A stretch of 64,000 nucleotides of DNA from contig OZ025665.1 of the NCBI GenBank assembly GCA_964019335.1, positions 124,001-188,000 of the forward strand. Reading direction: 5' to 3'. Positions within the stretch are counted from its first letter, which is position 1; each line of letters starts with the position of its first letter. The notes under the pieces were generated by a model. The model saw nothing but the letters and a program-made list of their open reading frames with translations. It was not told where the DNA came from and searched no databases. A program made the position numbers and the translations under genes. The stretch is from Diplonema japonicum. Its lineage: Eukaryota > Protista > Euglenozoa: Diplonemea. Of the stretch, positions 1 through 9,149 are shown piece after piece.

Positions 1-468
1 TGCCTCTCGCCAGTCTTTCAGTAGCTCTGACACCCCGTATGGGTTTCGTCTCACTTCTTGTATATTCTTCAGTGCTTCGGAAAGGCATAGAAGGTCAGAC
101 TCGAGTATGGGTTTCCTGTTCGGCGTGCACACGGGGCGCCCACTGTCGCCAGAAGGCGAGTGGACTGTTCGTTGCTGAATTTCCAAGAGAGGGATCATTC
201 TACCCAGTCTTTTATTTGCCTTTGCTGTTAGGGAACACAATGAGTTGCTTTTTTGCCATATGCAAGGAAGGGGCGGTGCCACTGGGCTGGCCTTACTTGG
301 GTGTGGCTCAATGCCTCTACGCACAGTGGCGCTTGCCACCACTCTGCCTCCATATGGTATAGGTGCGGCTCCCCGTCTTACTGGCTGAGCGCTCACTACG
401 CCTCGCCTCCCGTGGTACCTGCCGTTCCCTTCGTTGCTGTGCACCAGCGGGAGCAAGGAAGTCCTCAT
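1..468 (-). CDS. Hypothetical protein, 5' part (runs off the left edge)
   Basis: ATG at 468-466 followed by 156 stop-free codons to position 1 (MRTSLLPLVH...ELLKDWREA). Same strand as all other genes. Absent from the ORF track because it has no stop in the window. Confidence 0.7.
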   Translation of the reverse strand, partial: MRTSLLPLVHSNEGNGRYHGRRGVVSAQPVRRGAAPIPYGGRVVASATVRRGIEPHPSKASPVAPPLPCIWQKSNSLCSLTAKANKRLGRMIPLLEIQQRTVHSPSGDSGRPVCTPNRKPILESDLLCLSEALKNIQEVRRNPYGVSELLKDWREA

Positions 469-702
469 CCCCCCCACGTTATTTTTGACTGCCCCACTTT
501 TTTTCTTTTTTGCTTTTTGCGCCACCAACCTGTATTTTAAAAAGCTTCACTTTGTTGACGCTGGGGGTTGTAACTGAAAAGAAGAAGAAGAAGAAGAAAA
601 GGAAAACAAAAAAAAAAAAAAAAAGAAAAAAAAAAAACAAAAAAAAAACTTTGGACCTGATTTCTTTTTTCCTTATTCTTTTTCTGTCCCCCTTTTTTTT
701 TT

Positions 703-919
703 GAGGGGTAAAAGTACAAAATTGAGGACCCTAACTTTTTAAGAATGTGCAACCCTTGCAACTCCCAACTTTCAAAAAAGTGCAGATAAAAAAACTGGGG
801 ACCCCAACCTTCTTTAGGAGGTCAATTTTGAAAGTTTGGGGTGCAAGGTTGGTACCTTTTTAAAAAACTGGGGAGCAAATTGTGCTTTCTGCAAAAGGTG
901 GTTTTGTACTTTACCATCT
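703..919. mobile_element. Degenerate foldback MITE
   Basis: Ends GGTAAAAGTACAAAA / TTTTGTACTTTACC are inverted. Internal arms caactttcaaaa / ttttgaaagttt and ccttgca / tgcaagg are also inverted. Confidence 0.5.
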
Positions 920-1102
920 TCTTTTTCTTTCTCTCCCCTCTTTCGTTTTTTATTTCTTGACACGGTGAGTAGGTGGGAAAAAAAAAAAAAAAAAAAAAAA
1001 AAAGAGATTTTTCTTTTTTTGTCTAAGACAATTGTTTGTTTTCTAGAGTGGTGCATATGAAGATGTGGGCTGAAAACCTCTAAAAATCTTTTTCTTTATA
1101 TG

Positions 1103-1379
1103 AGCTCGTCCGGAAAAAAAAATGTCCGTTTTTTTTTAGCAAAAAAAAAAAAAAAAAAAGGGCAGCATGCAATTATTTATTGTGTATCTGTTGCCGTTCT
1201 TTCAATTGCGATGCTTATTAGCAAAAAACAGAGAATTTCCGAATGCCAAAAAGAACCGCCATGGTGCACACACTTGGACGGCATTCTGCATACAAAGTGG
1301 TGTCGGACTACATTTCTACTTAGAAATTTAACGGAGTTTTGCCGCTGCAGTAAAGGTGACATTCTTTTCCGGACGAGCT
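1103..1379. mobile_element. MITE with 15-bp terminal inverted repeats
   Basis: AGCTCGTCCGGAAAA (1103-1117) and TTTTCCGGACGAGCT (1365-1379) are a perfect inverted pair, extended by aatgtc / gacatt. No coding capacity. Confidence 0.65.
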
Positions 1380-1444
1380 TATTTTCCTTCCTTGCAGGGG
1401 GATGCAAGTTTTGGAAATAGCACAGCGAGAAGAGGGGGGAAAAG

Positions 1445-1492
<48 letters not shown>

Positions 1493-2046
1493 GATAAGCT
1501 TATTCAACAGAAAAGTATCCCCACTGTACGTTATCCCTACGGAACGGTATTCTAATTGTTCTTTTTTCTTTCCCTCCCTCCCTTCTTTTTTTTATTTTTT
1601 TTTCCTTCGTTCATACTTTCCCAACAGGGAGAAAGCCTCGCAGAATCCAAAACACGGGGGGGGGGGGAGAAATTAACAAGTGAAAATACCGGCATATTTT
1701 TCGGTGTGCTTGTTAGCGCCCACCAGCCAAAAAAAAAAAAAAGAAAAAAAAAAAAAAAAAAAAAAAAACACCACAGGGACAAAACAATATAAAAAAAATA
1801 GAGTCTAGTTCCAGGAATGGATCCTTGGTACTAGTGATGATTTTCTTCTTCGTTTTTTTTTTTTTTTTTTTTTTTTTTTTCCTTCTCTTCTTCGGCAACC
1901 GAAAACTAAGCGGGGAGAAATGGAGTAAGGTTCTTTTCTTTCCCCCCTCCTCCTTCTCTTCTTTTTTTTTCTTATTTTTACCCATTTGAATGACACGTAA
2001 GAAGGCGTTTCCACCCTTCTTTTTCTTCTTTCTAAGTAACCTTTTC

Positions 2047-2946
2047 CTAACCATCGGTCACACGGCTGGAGAGCACCTTCATGTCAAAAAGGTTCCAATT
2101 CCCCTCAAGGTCTTTTCTGAAGATCCACTCTTTGAGCCGCTTTGGGTTCGGTTGCCGTTCCTGTACAATTTTTTTCCCCTCCACCCTCCCCTCATACCAA
2201 AAACTTTTGAAAGATCCAAGGAACGGGGACAGCATAACCATCGTGGCCCACTCTCCAAGACTCTCTGTATTCCTCCCATGATTCGATGGCTTTGTTACGA
2301 ACGGGGGCGGGAAGCTGATCGTTGTCAAAGTCTGGTTTTTTTTTCTTTCTTTTTTTTTTTTTTGAAAAATATCCCCATCCATACACAAGGAATAAAGGGA
2401 TTCCAAGAACCGGGTCCCTAAATATCTATGAGAGTCGTCACCTTTCACTTGTTGTTTGAAAAGCTTCTCTGCGATGCCAACATCCTCACCGAAGAGTGCT
2501 TCGGGGAAGGAAGCGACCCAGATTTTGACCAATGCAAGCTGTTCGCCGTCGTCCTTGAGCGTGAAGCTCTTGATGGCCACTGTGAGGAGCTGATCCTCCG
2601 GGTGTGCGATCCGCATGGCGAGGGAGCAGTTGTTGAAGGGGTCGGTCTTGTCCTTGTTGTTCTCTAGCTTCAGCCGGGCCTCTTCATCAACAGGAAGATT
2701 GACCCACTTCTCGTCACCAGTCTCCTTTGCGTTGACATGCGCCACTGCACCGTACGCCTGTATCACCCCGTTGAAAAACCCCGCGTAGTCAAACCCTGTG
2801 GCGTTCATCCACCTCTTCAACTGCTGGCCCTGCATCGGCACCTCCAAAGGCCACACCTCTTCTTCTTTCGTCCCGGTGTCGTTGCTTTTGCTGCTGCACC
2901 ACCGTTGCAACCACCTTGCGCTTCTGAGCGGTCTTGCGATATTCAT
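2047..2946 (-). CDS. Putative mitochondrial protein, weakly Tim44-domain-like, 269 aa; exons 2946-2385, 2331-2198, 2160-2047
   Basis: Arg-rich presequence-like N-terminus (MNIARPLRSARWLQRWCSS) and a C-terminal WIFRKDLEGNW motif. Two GTATG..CAG introns (2332-2384, 53 nt; 2161-2197, 37 nt) remove a poly-A-derived KKKK stretch and keep the frame. Confidence 0.65.
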   Translation of the reverse strand: MNIARPLRSARWLQRWCSSKSNDTGTKEEEVWPLEVPMQGQQLKRWMNATGFDYAGFFNGVIQAYGAVAHVNAKETGDEKWVNLPVDEEARLKLENNKDKTDPFNNCSLAMRIAHPEDQLLTVAIKSFTLKDDGEQLALVKIWVASFPEALFGEDVGIAEKLFKQQVKGDDSHRYLGTRFLESLYSLCMDGDIFQKKKKERKKNQTLTTISFPPPFVTKPSNHGRNTESLGEWATMVMLSPFLGSFKSFWYEGRVEGKKIVQERQPNPKRLKEWIFRKDLEGNWNLFDMKVLSSRVTDG

Positions 2947-3135
2947 TTTGTTTTTAAAAAAAAGAGGGGGCAAAATTCCCCCTCGCGGGCCCTCCTTGCC
3001 CTGTGACGGGGGTGCAATGAAATACAAAAACAAAAAACAAAACCAGTTTTTTTTCGTTTGGGGGGTAAAAAAAAAAAGATAAAAAAAAAAAAGGAAATGT
3101 AACAAGCCCTCCCGTAAAAGAAGAAGAAAAAAAGA

Positions 3136-6102
3136 TCACTCGTCCAAAGTAGCGCAGTGGCATTCGCACCCCGCTACCGGGCAGTGTTCGTGGCGGGTGA
3201 ACCATTCCAAGAGGTGGTCGACGTGCCCACCATGCTGGCACGTCAGGCACCATGTCAGCTGGTGGATGGGCTCTTTCTGGATGCCAAGTACCTGGTGGTG
3301 AACGTTGGGGAGGAAGGAAAAAAAAAGAAAAAAAAAAAAATACCTGGATACAAACCGAGCATTTCGGCAAAGGGGCTTGGCACTTAGAGCACACTGACAC
3401 ACGGGGATTTTGCGAAACTACGTGTCTGCAGTCAGTGCACTGTACCTGGACCAAAGGGGCCTTCGTTTCCTCTTTAGCGGGAGGCTGATTTGATATGTTT
3501 TGGAAGAGGAAAAACAAACTCACACCTGAGGTTTGCTATTCGGAAGATGTTTCTGCATTCTCAGCACTCTTTTGGTGTCCAAAGCACGCCTCCGACCAGG
3601 GTGCGGCAGGAGCGGCTGGGGCGGGGGGACTTGTTCCTGTGTTTTCTTATTTTCCGTTTTTTCCCTCTTTTTTTTCCAAAATCAAACCTGTCCGGGTTCG
3701 ACCTTCTTCAACCCAGAAAACAAAACCTCGGCGCGGCATCGAGCATGCACAGAACAGCCCTGTTTTTTTTTTTTTTTGTATTTTTTTTAAAATCTTCTTA
3801 CTTTTTTCGTTTTCTTTTGAACAACACACACCTCCCCCAAGAATTCTCTATAACATTTAACCCACTTCTGCGTCTCAGGTGCAGAATATTTCGTGAACAT
3901 GACAGCTGTGAAAGCAGCCAGCTGGATGTCCCCAGTACATTCGAGGAACGAAGTCAGCGATGACTGCTCGGTGTCAGAAATGCTGTAATTTTATTATTTT
4001 CTTTTCCCCCCGCCCCTCCCTGCATACCCTTCAAGAAGGACCCTTGTCAAAGGATGAATTGTCTCGTCCGCAAGAAGCTTTTCCAAATAAGCTTCATAGG
4101 CAGCATCGCCGAGGTACCTCGTTGCAAAGCCCAGCTTGTCAATAGGATCGATAGCAGGCTCATCGAGAACGCACTTGTAGCAGCCCCAAGGGTCGTGGCT
4201 CCCTCCGCCGCAGTGCCATGCAGAGAGAAATTGCAACGCTGAACATAGGTACTGAGTAATGCCGGAAAGTGTCAAACATGTGTCCTTCCACACCATGATG
4301 GTGTCAATCGTGAGGCCTGTAAGGGAGAAGGCCAATAAACTGTATACAGGAGAGCTAACTGGTGGGTCTCTTAGCATCTCCTCTGCTTTCCACAACCTTA
4401 GGTGAAGTATTTCGAGAGCTATCTGGCGTTCGTACTCTTCCACCACCGTCGTGGTGGTGAGGCTTTGCATCGCTACGCTCTTCGGGATCCCCTCGACATC
4501 CGCCCACCCTGCCACCGCACACACCACCTTCCTCCACTCCGAATCGTACGTTTTGAACTGCTTGCACAGTACAGCATGGTGCCCTTTGTTCCTGTCCTCC
4601 TCTGGGGACGTCGCCCCCGCTGCCTCGCCTGCGGTCGGCTTCAAACAGGATATCACCAACTCTTCTTTGAATTTGTACATTTTCATGACCCCAGGGAGGC
4701 CCGTCAGGATCGCCCCCTCCTTCATGTTCTCCGTCACCCGCCTCATCAGCCAGCACCAGTATGCCCACTGTTGCAAAGGCCTGTCTTCGTACTGCAGTGC
4801 TATCTCGTAATTCCGCTGCTGTGAGCTCCCGAACCCCGCTTCCTCCCTCAGTTTTATTGCGTACCCAACGTCCCCGTTGTACCCCAGGGGGTTCGCCGTA
4901 TTGACTGGCGTCTCTCCGTCGCTTTGGTTCGTCACCAGCTCTCCAAGCGGGCCCATCACCATCCGGGGGTACTGCCGGGCCTTGAACGGGGTGAGTATCC
5001 CAGAAGAGAGCAGCATGAGGTGCAGGCCTGAGGACGGGTTCCCAGGTGGGCCCCATGCAGCAGAAGTGATCGGTTGGCCGACCCGGCGTTCTTGGTGGCC
5101 TTTAATGGGCTTAAGAATTGAGAAGGGCTTCTTGGGTCCTGTGGAAACTCTGTGGCTGCTCTTCGACAGGGAGTGGGACGAGGTGTCGCTGGTCTCGGAG
5201 TACTTGCAGTCGTAGTCCGACTCGTAGCCGCATTCATCGGTGCTGGTGAGCTGCTGCCTGCAGAGGATCTCCTTGATGTCCCATATCTCGACGGTACCCT
5301 CTTCGCCGATGGCGGCGGTGAGGAAGACGTCTGCCTTGTCGTGCCAGGCAAGGGAGCCCACCACGTGGCGGGAAGACAGCGTGACGACGGGCCCCTTGTC
5401 GAGCTTTCGGGTGTCCCATATCAAAAGAGAGCTGCCGTCGTAGGCGACCCTGGCACCGACAACCGTGTGTGTGTCTGAGGGGGAGTGCGACAGGTGGTAG
5501 ATGGGTGCTTTGGAATCCGTCTTGCAGACCATGGCAGGCTGCGACCGGACATCTTGTGCAACTAGGCCGTCGGAGGTAGAGGTCAGCAGGACACAGTGGG
5601 ATATCCATGTGAGGGAGTAAGCACAGTCGGAACGGAACTCCTTGACAGGAGAGAGCGTGGTGTTGCCATCAAGATCGTAGATCTTGACACAAGAGCGGAG
5701 GGAGGCGAGGCGCGCGTCTTCCGGTTGGTACGCTGCTGCTATCTGCGAGGGGATCTCTTCGTTCCACTGAAGACACGAGCAGACGTACCCTGAAGCATCT
5801 GAGTCTGCTTTGCTGGATGCGACGATCTCACTGCTCTCTTCTGTCAAGGTTGCTATCTTAACCCCACCCACGACCCCCAGTCCTATTTTGGTTGCCTCTG
5901 ATCCCCATCCTATGATCTTTGGGTTCACCGCAACAGACCTAGACCCCCTCAAGCTTGGCATGACCAAGACACCCCCTGACCCGTCTCCAACAACGCTGAC
6001 AGAGCCCCGCACGCCATCGCTTAAAACGTACCTCCCAGGACGCCATGGGTGCTTCACCACAATGGGGTACAAGTCCCCTCCTATGCACGCGGCATTGGAC
6101 AT
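3136..6102 (-). CDS. MIOS: GATOR2 subunit MIOS/Sea4-like (WD40 + C-terminal RING-like zinc domain), 901 aa, 6 exons
   Basis: WD40-like N-half. Spliced C-terminus gives TGDIQLAA, YREFLGEGCSVHARCRAEV, PLPKCSVC and WCLTCQHGGHVDHLLEWFTRHEHCPVAGCECHC. Introns 3983-4027, 3760-3831, 3637-3687, 3485-3525, 3292-3343; exon sum 2706 nt, in frame. Confidence 0.9.
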
Positions 6103-6876
6103 CCTCTTGCTTTGTTAGGGCTCTTTTCTATTTCTATTCTCTTTCCGTGTTTCTTGTGTGTACCATTCCCTCGCTTTCTTCTTTTTTCTCCCTTCCTCCC
6201 TTTTCTTTTTTTTTTTGGTGGGGTCTTTTTCTTTTTGTTTGTTTGTTTTTCTTTTTTTTTAGGAAAAGAAAAAAAAAAAGAAAAGGTGAAGTGCTAACTT
6301 GGCCCCCAGGTTTTTCTTTTTCCCCCCCTCGAAATGCTCAAAAAACCTGCTCCGAGTCCACCCCTTATTAAAGTCATCCCCAAACTTAGGGGTCAAGTTA
6401 GTTTCTTCAAAAAAAAATAGAAAAAAAAAAAGAAGAAGAAAAAGGCACACTCTTTTTTAACCACAGACTAAATAATAGTGAAAAGAAAGAAAGAAGAAAA
6501 AAAAAAGAGAAAAAAAAAGGGAGGAAAAAACAAAAAAGAAGAAGATATGATAGACAAACAGGCAACTTTGTTAAAGCCTCTTCGTGTCATCTTCTGAAAA
6601 TGACCTTTTCTTTTTTCTTTTTTTTTCCTTTTGAAATAATGGGTTGTTACTTGTGATAGGATCGCGCCGTCGGATGTCCTCTGCAGAAAAATAAAAAAAA
6701 ACAAAAAACCCTGCGAGCTAGTTAGTGTTAGTTTATTTTTTTTTTTTCTGTTAGAAGCATTGGGGCTTGAGGGCTTGTGTCAATGTGTGTCAGAATGCAC
6801 TGCGTTATAGAGTCCCGAAAAAAGGGAAAGTAAAGACAGGGGAAAGTTATGAAAAAAAAGAAGAAAAGGAGAGGGG

Positions 6877-6907
<31 letters not shown>

Positions 6908-7615
6908 AGCAGAGGGGAGAAAAAGAAAAAGAGCAAACAGAAATAAGAAGGAAAAAAAAAATTCACTATGACAGGAACGAAGTGGTTAGCAACGGCCCGC
7001 CAAAAAAAAGAAAAAAAGGGAAACACAAAAGAGGGCCGAGCATTTTTCAAAAAAAAGTAACAGTAATCCTTTGTAAAAAAGACAACTTTAAGAGAGGTGA
7101 CAAGCCTGACCGTTTTTTTTGGTTTTTCGCTCGAGTAAGGGGAATGGGGATGGGGGGAAAAAAAAAAAAACACGCTGGGCCGGCCCCCCGTCCCCTTGAT
7201 TTCTTTATTCTTTTTTTTTTTCTTTTTCTCTTTTTTTTTCAAAATCTTCATATTCTGTTTCCGCTCCTTTTTCTCTCTCTCCTTGTATGTTTCTCTCTCC
7301 CCCTTTTTCTTTTTGTTCGTCTCCTTACCTTCTTCTCCATAACCTTCTTCAAAAAATAAAAAATTAGAAAGTAAAAAAAAAAAAAAATACCATGATAGGA
7401 GGGAAGGGGATAACATAATTAACAAAACGACCATTTCCCCCCCTCCCTTTTCTCTTTCCCACCCCTTCCCCAGAACATATTTATATTGTGCTTCTCTTAG
7501 TATAGAGAAAAAAAAAAAAAAATGGCAGCATAAAATGGGGGGAACAAACCACCCTTTTTTGCGCACAAAAAAGAAAGAGGAGGAAAAAAAAAAATTATTT
7601 TGTCTCTGTTTTTCT

Positions 7616-8788
7616 TTATTCAGAATCGATGTCGCAAAGATGGAGTTGATAATCGCCAGGGTCGATGGTGTGCATCTCGGTGTTGTTCTCTGTGTCTGCT
7701 TTGGGTGATTTTCTATCACTCCGCTGTTTTGCCCACTTGTCAGCACCCACGATGCCGATGGCACCAAAGATCAACAGGACACCGACAATGGTGAGAGGCG
7801 GAGGCCGCTGATGGAAAAGAAACACCTCCCATGCGTAGGAGTACACAATCTCAGTAGAGCGTGTCAACGAAGCAGGCCCGGAGAGAGAGAACCTCGCCCC
7901 ATGGGTCATAAGCCAGTGCCCCGTGCACCCGAAAATGATAACTAAAAACGAGAATACAGCGCCCTTAACCGTTGGTGATGTGAACGGCTGCACGGTGACC
8001 CCTAACACCAACGACACCACCGAGGCGGTCACAGACCACGGCCATAGCTGCTGCGCGTTTCCGGCTTTCTTAGTGTACCTGATGATGACCAACACGAACC
8101 CGGAGATGAGGGATGTCAGCAAGGCGGAAATGATGCCCGCAGTGCGTGACTCCAACATCCCGCCAGACCCACTGTCCTCTTCACTTTCATCATCAATAGA
8201 CCCGAATATAAACCCTGGTCTTGTAATGAGCAGCGACCCTCCAATCGACGCCATGGCTGCCACCACTATCGTAGGCCGGATCTGCTCGTTCATGAAGACC
8301 CTTGCGACAACCACCGTGACAATGGGGTGCAGGGAGAGGAGTGTAGTCGCATCGCCTATGGGAAGGACTGACATCGCGTGGAAGAGGAGAACGAACGCAG
8401 ACCCGCCTAGAAAGCCGCGTAAGGCTACCCATCGCTTCAGGCCTGCTGGGCCCAGCAAGGGATCGCCTTTGCGGGTTAGATGTATGAATATCGCGAAGCC
8501 TTGAAGGAGGGCCCGACCGAACACCACCTGCACAGAAGGGATGCCTTCTTGCTTGCAGTATTTCAAGAGAACGCTTTGTATCGAGTAGAACACTGCACTG
8601 AGCGCCACGCACACCAACGCCCCTGTCTCCGACCGTACCCATGTGTCAAACCTCTCGAATCGGGTCGCTTCAGGATGATCTTCGTTCGGTTCCTCTTCCC
8701 GCAAGTTCACAACCTCTTCCTCGGCCTCGTTCATCAAGTGCGACCCTATGGGTGAAAGCGATTCTTCGCCATCGTTCTCGGGTTCCAT
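7616..8788 (-). CDS. EamA/DMT family transporter (SLC35G-like)
   Basis: About 10 hydrophobic segments; motifs LRGFLG, LPIGDATTL, LLITRPGFIFG, RSTEIVYSYAWEV. First ATG at 8788. Confidence 0.88.
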   Translation of the reverse strand: MEPENDGEESLSPIGSHLMNEAEEEVVNLREEEPNEDHPEATRFERFDTWVRSETGALVCVALSAVFYSIQSVLLKYCKQEGIPSVQVVFGRALLQGFAIFIHLTRKGDPLLGPAGLKRWVALRGFLGGSAFVLLFHAMSVLPIGDATTLLSLHPIVTVVVARVFMNEQIRPTIVVAAMASIGGSLLITRPGFIFGSIDDESEEDSGSGGMLESRTAGIISALLTSLISGFVLVIIRYTKKAGNAQQLWPWSVTASVVSLVLGVTVQPFTSPTVKGAVFSFLVIIFGCTGHWLMTHGARFSLSGPASLTRSTEIVYSYAWEVFLFHQRPPPLTIVGVLLIFGAIGIVGADKWAKQRSDRKSPKADTENNTEMHTIDPGDYQLHLCDIDSE

Positions 8789-9149
8789 TTTATTTCTCCT
8801 TTTCTTTCTTTCCTTTTTCCCTTTTCCTTTCCCACAGTTTTTGTTTGTGTAAAACACAGCGAGAAAGGCGTTTTAAGAAGTGTTCTGTTGCTGATGGTAG
8901 AAGGACAAGTTGTGTGGTGGTCTGACCACAAGTCAAAAGACCACGACAGACAGTCCGTTTGCTGCCAGAAAGCTTGTGAAAATGATGCAAACCACCCTCC
9001 GAACAAGTGTTAAAACGAAGAATAAGAAAACAAGAAACAAAAACCAAGGACGATCTTTTGATGAAGGAGTGGAAACCCCTTGACCCAACTAGTGAAAGGG
9101 GGGGGAGGGGGAGGGGGTCTTTTTCTTTTGAATTGATCTTGAACCATCG

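Noticed and set aside
1-11. tgcctctcgcc matching the reverse complement of the 56040/58660 repeat core
   Set aside because: Only 11 nt and inside an open coding frame; consistent with chance.
510-2054. Many short poly-Lys/poly-Phe ORFs here and in other spacers
   Set aside because: They are translations of homopolymer tracts that lack stops; no domain content.
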